Shown: positions 54,430-64,000 of the stretch, in pieces
Layout: the number at the start of each line of letters is the position of its first letter
How positions within the stretch are numbered: the first letter of the stretch is position 1
DNA from: the human T2T-CHM13v2.0 reference genome, Homo sapiens
Direction: 5' to 3' (one strand)
Assembly: GCF_009914755.1 (NCBI RefSeq)
Contig: NC_060931.1
DNA: 64,000 nt
Notes under the pieces: model-generated
What the model was told of the DNA's origin: nothing
Seen by the model: the letters and a program-made list of their open reading frames with translations, nothing else
Databases searched by the model: none
Made by a program: the position numbers and the translations under genes

Positions 54430-55200
54430 AGTGCCGAACACTTACCCAGTGCTTGATATCTGCCAAGGAGCCATCAAAATGTCCTTAATGTGCACTAACT
54501 CATTGAGACCTCAAACATTTCCGAGGATGTTTGTGCTATGGCAATGTTCCCATTTTACAGAAGAGGAAACTGAGGCATGGAGAAGTCTAGTAACTTGCAG
54601 AACTAACTCCAATAGTTTGGCCCCAGAGTCTGTCATTTCACAGCCAGGTTCTGGGCTTTCCATCAACCCCCAGCGAGTCCCCTTCCCTGAGCTTCAGTGT
54701 ACTCATGTGAAATGGGGACCACAGTGCTAGCTTTGCTGCATCGTTAGATGGGAGATAATGCCTGCATGCCTGTCACAGAGCTGGGCTCAGGGTGGGGTGA
54801 TAATTACAATATTACTATTAATCTTGAGTTAATTCTCTCTTTTGAGACGGATGTTTCTAAGCTCCCCTGCCAGCCAAGTGTGGAGCAGAAAAGCATTTGC
54901 TCAGACCTCCTGTGTGATCTCTCCTCACCACCTCCCTCCTTTTGTCCATGAAGCCTCCCCCAGTTCTGGCAACTCTTTAGTGCTATCCTTTGTGTTCCAT
55001 AAGGCTCATGTCAGAATTTATTATGACACATTTTGCATCAGAATGAAACTATTAATTGTCCACCGACTTTACTAGATTGTGAGCTCCTTAAGGGACAGAT
55101 CTTCCTTTCTGCTTTCTTGTGACTACCTGCATCTCAAGAGCCACCTGCAATGGTACACTCTCAATAAATACAGGCTTTCTGAATAAATAAATGAATACAT
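54430..55200. mobile_element. Two MIRs (opposite orientation) and an L2 3' end
   Basis: CCCATTTTACAGAAGAGGAAACTGAGGC; CTGAGCTTCAGTGTACTCATGTGAAATGGG; CTAGATTGTGAGCTCCTT...TGAATAAATAAATGAA. Confidence 0.7.
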
Positions 55201-56869
55201 GCCACCAGAGTGTTTATGCTTCCAGAAATCCTGCTCCAATCCTGTTCCTATTCAAAGAATCAACTGGAGTGACACACAGCTCTGTTCTTCTTTGTTCTGA
55301 TCTGTTCAGGTCAGATTAATATATTATTTTTTATTACTCATCAAAAACATCTTCAGAAACTTTTCATCAGAAAGATTTTTTGTGTAAACCTATCTATCTC
55401 CTCCAAATCACTATATCTGACTCAGTGTGATTTTTAGTCTCTTCTAACCAAATGATATTGATAGAAATTTGTTGCTTTTGAGAACCTAAGTGTATTTCTC
55501 TTACAAATTTCAAAGGGAATAAAGTGAAAGTATTATCAGGAAGTGGGAAGAATTCATATGTCAGCTGCAGCCCATCCCTGATTCGAAACCTACAGGCAGA
55601 GATGTGAATGGTCAGTAGTGCTAAAGGATTTCTGTGGTTCCTGCAGAACCAGGAGACACTGAGGTGCCAAGACAGGGCCTTACAGATGTTTCAGGAAACC
55701 AAGCACCCAGAGGAGTATCTTGCCAGGTTCACCAGGTGCTTCCTACCCAGGCACTGCCAGCAGGACAGTCCTAGCTCTGCACCAGCCCCCTGCCTCTCCT
55801 CTGCATCCTGCTCCTTCACCCCCAGCAGCAGGCGGGAGCTAGTGGACTATGCTTAGAAATAGCCAAACCAACGAGGGAGCCCAAGAAAAAGGATCGAGGA
55901 CCTCTCACCAGGCCAGTGATCATTACTTTTCAAAAACAGCAGAGGCAGAAGCTGGAAGTCATGAAAACTGGGAAAAAGAAACCAAAGAAACAGTGTCTTT
56001 GTTGCAACAGTTTCATCCAAGTCCTGGGTATATAAATAAAATAAAATTTTATTTTTTAGCAAAAAAAACCTTTTGCTGTTATTTAAAAATATTCTTGCTG
56101 TTTTCCAACCATCAGAGGAGACATGCACTTTTCATTGCTGTTAACAGATCTTTTTTTATTGAAGAAAAATACAATTATGATAACTTCCATAGATTATTTC
56201 ATTGAATTTCACGTAATTCTATCAAGACCATTGTGAAGTAGATGTGCTCTGCGGATGAGAAACTGAAGCTCAGGCTTTAAACAACTTGCCAAACACAGTT
56301 ACTAAGAAACAAAACTATTAACCATATCGTATCACCTCAATCATCCTTTTACTTTCCTTTGAAACTAAAAAACTCACTCTCTTTTGAAAATCCCATCCAG
56401 GCTCTACCTGGACAAAAGTGCCTAGCTGCCTCTCTTTCCATAGTGAGCTCTGAATAAGTAGCCTTTGATTAATCCTATAGGTGGTCTCTATTCTTTCGAT
56501 AATACAGCCTCATAAGAAGAAAAATTGGTGATTTAGCAATTATTGCCTGAATAAATTAAAGTGTTTTATTTAATACTTTAACATTATGAAGAGGGCAATA
56601 TATGAATTAATATGTAAATAAAATAAAATGACTTTAGACATAATATGAAAAAAAACAGTTTTACATGTTCCAATTTCTCCCTATATGTTTTCCCATCCAT
56701 TGTGCATTTTACTGTTGTCCCTAAGGGTTTGAACATTTGATTTATATCACCTCTCTGGTCCCTCTGAGTCTATCCACAGACCCCAGGTTATAATAATATA
56801 AGCTTGACTTCCTTCAACTCCACCCGGTTGGGGGCAAGGGTAAGGCATGGTACCTGCAGCCTGACTGCT

Positions 56870-57195
56870 GTTTTGTTTTGTTTTGTGACAGGGTCTTGCT
56901 GTGTCGCCCAAGCTGGAGTGCAGTGGTGTCAATCATGGCTCACTGCAGCCTCAAACTTCTGGGCTCAAGGGATCCTCCTGCCTCAGCCTCCTAAGTAGGT
57001 TGTTGGGACTGCAGGTGCATACCATAACACCTAATTTTTAAATTTTTAATACAAATGGGGTTTGATTTTTAAAGTTTAAAATTTTTTTGTACAAACAGGG
57101 TCTTGCTTTGTTGCCCAGGCTGGTCTGGAACTCTTGGCTTGAAGTGATCTTCCCACCTTGGGCTCCAAACTCAGGTGTGAGTCACTGCACCCAGC
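56870..57195 (-). mobile_element. AluJ
   Basis: ACAGGGTCTTGCTGTGTCGCCCAAGCTGGAGTGCAGTGG...GGGCTCAAGGGATCCTCC; duplicated middle A-rich linker. Confidence 0.9.
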
Positions 57196-57269
57196 CAAGG
57201 AGCCTGACTCTTCACAGTGCACTCCTCATCTCATTGGGACATTGGTTGGGCTAGCAGGGAATAACTGTT

Positions 57270-57800
57270 CTTACTTGGAAAGTACTCCTCTCTGTCAGGC
57301 ATGTGGCAAGGTCTTCCATATGTGATCTCCTTAACCCACAAACAACCCCACCAGGAGGGTTATATTATCACCACCAATTTACAGATGGGGAAATTCAGGC
57401 TTTGAGAGATTAAGGACCTCAGTCAGATTCATAAGCCCAAACTATCTGGGCTCTTAGCCCCACATGCTCCTGCCTCAGTGGGCTACACCTTGGTGAGATG
57501 CCTATGTTTCGGTCCACTGGTCCACTCCTGAAGACCAAGGCACAGGTTTAGAGAGACGTACCAGCGGCTAAAGGTACTTCTGCATCCAAGAACTAGAGGT
57601 GTCCCGTGTCCCCTTTACAACATTGTTGGCCTCCCTCTGGGCCTTGTACCTTATGTTTATTGCCTCATTTAATCCAGGTAAGGAGTCTTTAGGATTGGTG
57701 GCATGTATTCTTTTTATAGACAAGGAAGATGATGCTCAGGAGTTTGGATAACCTGCCCAAGGTCACGCAGTGGAGGAGAGGACTAGAAGGTAAATCAATG
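57270..57800 (-). mobile_element. Two MIR fragments
   Basis: TTTACAGATGGGGAAATTCAGGCT (57378) and ATAACCTGCCCAAGGTCACGCAG (57748). Confidence 0.7.
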
Positions 57801-59199
57801 GACCTTTCACTACCTTCCCCTTCTCTGGGCTGTAGCAGTGAGTTAACTGGCTCAGACTTGCCCAGCGGAATGCCCTTCAGGACACACTGAGTACTGTAGT
57901 AAGAGCTGCATATGCGCTCAGGGAGAATGTGGATAGACGCTGTTTGTGATTCACGGGTAAAGGGCCTTCTCCCAGAGGCAGCAGAGGCAGATCCTGTCTC
58001 TGGTGTGCCCTGGCCCCCGACTTGGAGGCCTCCTGGGCCAGGCCAAGACCTTCCCCGGCAGCGATGGTCTCCAGCCACACTCAACTGCCCTGAAGGGACA
58101 TTTCCTGCTTATTCCCTTGCCCGGCTGTGTCCTCCACCCGGAAGGCCTGTGCCTTCTTCGCCTGCATGTCCTACCCTGAGGAGGCTCCCTTGGTCTTTCA
58201 TCGCTCTCCCTATGGGTCTTCACGCCTTCCCGAACCACCGCGCCCAAGCAGGAGCACGTTCTCGGCCCTCTTCACAGGGCGCTCCTCCTCACAGGGGTGC
58301 CCGGGATTTTTATTCTGTGCCTTCCTGGTGGCTCCTACAAGTCTGGAAGGGCAGGAGGCGCATCTCACTCCTCTGGGTCCCCTCCCCTAGCGCCTGGCGG
58401 GAGCCCAGGCTGCATTTGTGGAATTCATGACTTTTTCTCTCCTGCTCAAGCTGAACACATTGCTGGCTCCTGCTCGGGTGGAGCCCGGCTAATTAGAGTG
58501 AGGGGCTCCCCGTAGGGCGAAGGGGTGCGCTGTCAGATGTGGCATTCCCGTTTTACGGAGACACACGGTGTCTTACACGCCAGGGAGAGGTCTGAGACGC
58601 AAAGAGCCGTCGAGCGGGCTGCGGGATTGCTTCGCTGTCACCTCCGCCTGCAGCCACCCTTCCGCACGCACTTGTGTGTGCACCCAGGCCAACATGGAAG
58701 GCGCCATCCTAACTTCTGCCGTGAGCAGGTGGGAGGGAAGAGAGACGAGAGGTATTCCATTGGTTGTCTGGGAAAATGAATTGCACCTTCCCCTCCCTTG
58801 CGGAGGATCAACTTTTCCCACCCCCTCGGGTGGGCACTCGCATCCTGGGGCCGGAGCCTGAACCCGGGAGCCAAGGGGCCCCAGTTCCAGGGACGTGAAG
58901 CTGAGCGTACAGCGGGCGCTCCCAGACACTGGGGAAAGTGCTTTACGATGTCCCGAGTCCCTCCAGTCTCGCCAGCGGGGCGAGCGTGAGGGTGCCCCGA
59001 CCGACCAGCGGCCCCGGGTGCAGGGTGGCGGGCCCGGCGGCGCGCGTCCCCCTCCCCCTCCTGGCGGCCCGCACGTGTCGCCCGCGCCGCGCCCCCACGG
59101 GTTACGCGCGGGTCCCGCAGCGCCGCGGCCGAGCCGGGCTGCCCGGCCCGCGGACACAGCGCCGGCCGCCGCATCCCGTGCGGGGCCGCGGCGCGATGC

Positions 59200-59325
59200 T
59201 GCGCTGGAATGAGGAAGCGCGGCGGCGAGGGGAGGGCCCGGGCGCGGTGCGCGCGGGGGTGGCGGCGGCGCGCCGAGCGGGCCCGGCGCGGGCGAGCGGG
59301 CTGCAGCCGGCGGCGGCGCCAGCAG
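59200..59325 (+). other. IKZF1: IKZF1 upstream alternative first exon (5' end uncertain)
   Basis: GC-rich segment ending GGCGGCGGCGCCAGCAG|GTACGG (donor at 59326) in the CpG island core. Ikaros is known to use alternative promoters and untranslated first exons. Confidence 0.65.
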
Positions 59326-59926
59326 GTACGGCCCGCACCCGCCGCCGCCCCGGCGGCCTTTGGGGGCTGAGCCGGAGCCCGGCGCGATTGCAAAGTTTTC
59401 GTGCGCGGCCCCTCTGGCCCGGAGTTGCGGCTGAGACGCGCGCCGCGCGAGCCGGGGGACTCGGCGACGGGGCGGGGACGGGACGACGCACCCTCTCCGT
59501 GTCCCGCTCTGCGCCCTTCTGCGCGCCCCGCTCCCTGTACCGGAGCAGCGATCCGGGAGGCGGCCGAGAGGTGCGCGCGGGGCCGAGCCGGCTGCGGGGC
59601 AGGTCGAGCAGGGACCGCCAGCGTGCGTCACCCCAAAGTTTGCGGGGTGGCAGGGCGCGCGCTCTGGCCACCCGCCGCTCTGGGCGGCAGCAGGTGGCAA
59701 CGCAAGGGCGCGGCGGGGGCGGCCGGCGCGGAGGGGGCCAGGTACGCGGCCCGCGGGCGGCGCTGTGCGCGCGGGGCAGCCGGTCGGCCGGGAGCGCGAA
59801 AGCCTGGTCTGAGCCGGCTGGGGGCGGGGAGTGTGGCGGAGAAATGGGGAACAATGCGAGTGAGCAACTTCAGGAAGTCATTGTGAAAGAAAGCTGGGAA
59901 GAGCTCCGCGGCCAAGTTAGCAGGAC

Positions 59927-60133
59927 ACTCTAACAAGTGACTGCGCGGCCCGCGCCCGGGGCGGTGACTGCGGCAAGCCCCCTGGGTCCCCGCGCGGCGC
60001 ATCCCAGCCTGGGCGGGACGCTCGGCCGCGGCGAGGCGGGCAAGCCTGGCAGGGCAGAGGGAGCCCCGGCTCCGAGGTTGCTCTTCGCACCCGAGGATCA
60101 GTCTTGGCCCCAAAGCGCGACGCACAAATCCAC
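59927..60133 (+). other. IKZF1: IKZF1 canonical non-coding exon 1 (5'UTR)
   Basis: ACTCTAACAAGTGACTGCGCGG...GGCCCCAAAGCGCGACGCACAAATCCAC matches the recalled IKZF1 mRNA 5'UTR and is followed by the donor CAC|GTGAGT at 60134. It has a CA initiator at 59926-59927 and no ATG in the exon. The TSS position is approximate. Confidence 0.93.
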
Positions 60134-63100
60134 GTGAGTGTTTTCAAATTGAATTTCAATAGGAAAACTTGGGGTAACTGGTGAATTTAAAAAAAAAAAA
60201 ACACAGTAAAGAAAAGCGGTAAGGTTGGTAGACCCTGGTGTCGCTCAGGTCCGCCTCTCTTTTCTGAGGACAGTGAGAGAGTTCACTTCTGTCAAGCGTC
60301 TGTTGCTCTGCACTGTGCCAGCAGGTGCAGGACCAGGCCGACATGGGACACTTCTGAGCAGCCCCGCTGTCACCAGGAGAGGAGTTCTAGCTCCCAACCA
60401 TATTTAAATTTATGTAGACCTACATATACCCACGGAAGTCAGCCTTTATAAAGTCGTGTGTAAAGAGTTTTCCTTATATTTGAGCCGGGAGCTTTCTTTT
60501 TATACTATAAATATGATGAGATCGAGTCTGAACTTAATTTCTGCAAGAGAGGAATTATCCCGGCTTTGAAAAGTTAGTCCTTTTGCTGACCGCAGGTTTG
60601 ACGCTCAAGTCACCAAACCTTCTCAGGAAAACCCTTAGTAATATTAAGGCATCAGGTTACTTGCGGTTATATTTGAAATGTATTTTAAATATTTGTCAAG
60701 CATCGCTGCTGATGCCTAAGGAACCTCGTGAGGGCTTGTTTTTCCTTCTAATTTGGAGGCATCTAATGACCGAAAACCGTAGCGATTCCATAGGGTCTGA
60801 CCAGGCACAGCTTTCAAATGCAGCTTCCCTCTCTCTAGGGACTGCAGCCCACCCAGACTGAATTTCAATGCGGTGCGCTTTGCTTAGGTTACCCACTCAC
60901 AATTTCCCACTGCGCCGCAGGCAGTATATTTCAGCTTTGAGATACCTTGTTTTAAAATTCCAGACAAAATGGTGTTGAGGAAATGTCTCCTTACTAGTCC
61001 CATCAACTTCTGTTAAAAGAGGAAAATTTATGGAATTTGAAAATACTGCGTATGATATTTAAACTTTCATAGACATTCAAATGCTTTTAAGGCCAGGTTC
61101 AATTTGGTTATGAGTCGAGGGGTGGGGGGGACCCACATAGAAATGTCCTGGGTCCTCTTGAGTTTATTTCTTTGTTTGAAGATGTTTGTTCAATGAGTTT
61201 TATTGTACTCATCTTTTATATGGAATTTTAAAAAGTAACAATTTCAGTATTATTTATATTAGAATGTGTCAGAATTATTTCCGTGACAAATCAGATCATT
61301 TGGGCTATGGCTTAAAATGTACACGAGGCAAATATTCATGACAAGAAGATTCACCTTCTTACGCTGGCATCTTGTAAAATGCAGAACAAGTTAAAGAAAT
61401 AATGTGTACACATACAAATAATGATGTCACATTAAAAATACTACACTATTCTTGCTTGATGGAATGTATCTGATTTCCAATTTCACCATGAACATATTTC
61501 ATACATTTTTTACATGAAAAAAAACGTGACTCTTAAGTCTCACAGTCAATCAGAGCTGGTGACCAGAACATTTTATTGAACTAAATGGTCATGTTTTCTT
61601 CCCCTTTTGTTTCACGGTGAGAGTTGAAGGAAGGAGTTTAGAAACTCTCCAGTACTTGTTTAATTCATCAGTGTTCTAATTAGAGTGGTACCTCTTGGAA
61701 AACTACACACCCCCCTAATGCAGAAACATCATAGCAATAATCACCCACTCTCAGGGTCTCCAGGAGACCACAAGGGCTGCAGATAAAAGTCTGGATGTGT
61801 TAGGTTTGACCCTTTCGAAGAGTTTTACACAGGCTCCTAAAGAGAAGATCAGCTGTGGCCGTTTGTAGCCATTTCCTTTGTCGAAAAACTAAGATCGCAG
61901 TGAATGTATTAGCCAAGAGGTCTAAAGCCCTGTTGTACTGCAGGCCACTGTCTTCCTTGTTTGACTAGAGACTTGGAGTTTGAGAACAGTGGTTCTTTGG
62001 TTTGGATACATTTTTTGTTCTTGATTTGGATGTGTGTGTTTCATGCGTGGTTAATATAGCATATTTTCAATATAAATGTCAAAAATTTTGAAATAGGAAA
62101 GAACTCTCTATATATTAATGTACTTATACACACACTTCAAGATTATGCATTTATTAACAGATACATGAAATAAATTCCATGTGCATATGCACATATGCAC
62201 ACAGAGCGTGCACACACACAGCATGCACACAGCGTGGAGTGAGAGGCATGGGGCAGTGTGGAAGAGTTTTAACATCAAACAGACCTGAAATGAGTATTAA
62301 AGGCCCCCTTTATTTTTAAACTTTTACTAAAACAAGATGGATTTCCCTATGTTATATAATGGTGAATTTTAGGCATAAATAACGTTTTTTGAGTGTTGCA
62401 TAATTGTACGTATTAATGTAATGTAACTGTGGTTAACGAAGAATTCATCAAGGATATCACTGTTTTGTGGCATTTTTTTTTTCCTCCTCTAATCTTTGGA
62501 CTTGTGAAATAATTTCACTATGAAATAAATGTTGGTTCTTGTCATATTCTAAGGGAGATTGATGTAAGTGGCTCCACTCCAGCTTACAGAAGGTAAACCA
62601 CGACCTTTTTGCGTTCTCTGAAAACGCTTGTCTTCCGATGCCTCTGTTTCTAAGACTGACAAGCACTCTGGGGGCACTGTGACGCCTGCTTCTAGCGGCA
62701 GAGTTGCTGCAGCTCCTGTCCTGGCTGTGAACATTGTTCTCTCTCTGGTGTCTCTATGTTCATAACTACAGAGACTTCAGCTCTATTCCATTTCATATTT
62801 GTGCTGAATAATCATTCCATTTTATGGGAGAAAACACAAGATGTAAAAGCAACAAGTGACCCATCCTTTGAAGCTTACAAGAAGAGAAACATTAATCTAT
62901 TTCACGTCTTGAAAACAGATCAGTTTTATTTTGCTCAAAAAGGGCACATGTACATTTTTGATCTAGGTCTTAGAAACGTAGAGTTTCAGAGGATCAGCAT
63001 TATACACACTGTCACACACACACACACTTAAAATTCAGATGAGGAACAAGATAGGAATGAGGTTTTGTTAGGGACGCAGAGCACCTAAAACCAAAGGATA

Positions 63101-63589
63101 TCGACAGTAACAAAGCTGTTTTTACTGTAGTGCTGACTGAACACTCATGCTGGTGTCTTCATGTGGACCATGGCTTTCTTGTATTTCTTTGCAGTTTAAT
63201 AAATGACTTCATATCTCAGGTTACCTTTCCACATCTCCTGGAATATATGTTTATGTCCTTAAAGTTTCCGTGTCGTCACTTTAGTAGCTTTAGTTTGAGT
63301 TTTTAAATGTTTGGTAATATTCCAACAAATATTTTTTAAGACATTATGAAACCTTATGAAGTGCCATATATTACAAGTGAGATAAAACAGCAAGCAAAAG
63401 AAGGTTTGCAGAAGGTTTTTAAGTGGCGAAGTGCGGGCCTGCCCATTTTGGTGTCTCCTTGGTGGTTACTCCTGAGAAGGGCCTGGAGGAAGAGCAACTG
63501 AGGCCTAATCTACAGGCAACTGCCAAATTGTTTCAGTTGACGTTTTTCCCTCTCATGTTTGACTATAATAAATAGGTAGTTGCCAGTGG

Positions 63590-63940
63590 AGCCTTCAGCC
63601 AACCACCTGGTAATAAACTGTTAAAAATGGTGCAAACCCTAGGTCACAGGTGTGGGGGCCATTTGTCTTGCCTGTTAACAGGCCTGGCCTTAATTCTTTT
63701 CTCCCATGGCCATTTCTGCCTTTGGGGAACTCACAATTCCTGTTGACTAAAAGAGCACCCTTTTCCACCACAAGCCTGACAAATCAGACGTCCACATAAT
63801 TTCTGAACTCGTTTTGGTTAGGACAGGAAGCACAGGCTCCCTTCCTGTCTGTGTTTTCCTAAGAGAAAACGGTCTTCCCTCCTTTTTTGCATATTTGGCA
63901 AGTGGTTCCACCTTTCTCTGCACCCTGGTGGAGTGTGAAG
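63590..63940 (+). promoter_or_regulatory. IKZF1: Putative intronic alternative promoter of IKZF1
   Basis: E-boxes CACCTG 63604 and CAGGTG 63647, PU.1-type GGGGAACT 63724, RUNX ACCACA 63767, inverted ETS pair ACAGGAAG 63823 / CTTCCTGT 63841, octamer-like TTTTGCAT 63885. Confidence 0.55.
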
Positions 63941-64000
63941 GCAGCAGAGGAACCTTTTGGAGGAGGAAGAGGACACAGAGGCCCTGTAGCCAGGCACCAA
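63940..64000 (+). other. IKZF1: Start of a downstream alternative IKZF1 first exon (runs off the window end)
   Basis: GGCAGCAGAGGAACCTTTTGGAGGAGGAAGAGGACACAGAGGCCCTGTAGCCAGGCACCAA matches my recollection of the 5' end of IKZF1 transcript variants. It is preceded by a cluster of ETS, RUNX and E-box motifs. Confidence 0.65.

Larger units (their letters stand above)
58380..60140. promoter_or_regulatory. IKZF1: CpG island / IKZF1 main promoter
   Basis: Very high GC and CpG density (core ~58900-60130). GC boxes GGGGCGGGG at 59469-59477 and 59821-59829, ETS CAGGAAGT at 59871-59878, TGGGAA at 59895-59900. TATA-less. Confidence 0.95.
60134..64000 (+). other. IKZF1: IKZF1 intron 1 (5' part)
   Basis: Follows the GTGAGT donor. 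The coding exon 2 is not in the window. Repeat-poor sequence. Confidence 0.88.

Noticed and set aside
57689-58515. 130-172 aa ORFs upstream of the island
   Set aside because: No recognisable domain or splice structure; moderately GC-rich promoter flank.
58573-60125. Long 160-375 aa ORFs on both strands in the CpG island
   Set aside because: Stop-poor GC-rich DNA gives overlapping R/A/G/P-rich ORFs in all frames, and they run through splice donors. Only the spliced in-frame sub-segments are kept as hypotheses.

Overview
Human (primate) genomic DNA with no protein-coding exon. The last ~6 kb contain the CpG-island promoter and non-coding first exons of IKZF1 (Ikaros, 7p12.2, + strand). I recognise this from the mRNA 5'UTR ...GGCCCCAAAGCGCGACGCACAAATCCAC, which ends at a GTGAGT donor at 60133/60134. 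An upstream GC-rich alternative first exon (donor at 59325/59326) and the start of a downstream alternative first exon (~63940) are also present. The first ~58 kb are the IKZF1 upstream intergenic region. It is dominated by nested L1, L2, MIR, Alu, MaLR/ERVL LTR and DNA-transposon relics (MER2, MER58, MER45, MER1A) plus a CR1/L3 relic, with unique islands carrying clustered haematopoietic TF motifs (candidate enhancers). None of the ORFs in the track is a credible stand-alone protein-coding gene. I see no wholly new biological system. The best leads are: (i) start codons in three alternative first exons that would read in frame into the Ikaros AUG (N-terminal extensions) plus an Arg-rich uORF; (ii) CAC-rich cryptic RAG signals in intron 1; (iii) candidate enhancers at ~17.4, 22, 24.4, 32.8, 37 and 50.6 kb; (iv) several fold-back or templated-insertion scars. 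Repeat subfamily names and boundaries were assigned by eye and are approximate. Gene identity and everything outside the window (exon 2, GWAS and leukaemia knowledge) come from recall, not from a database search.
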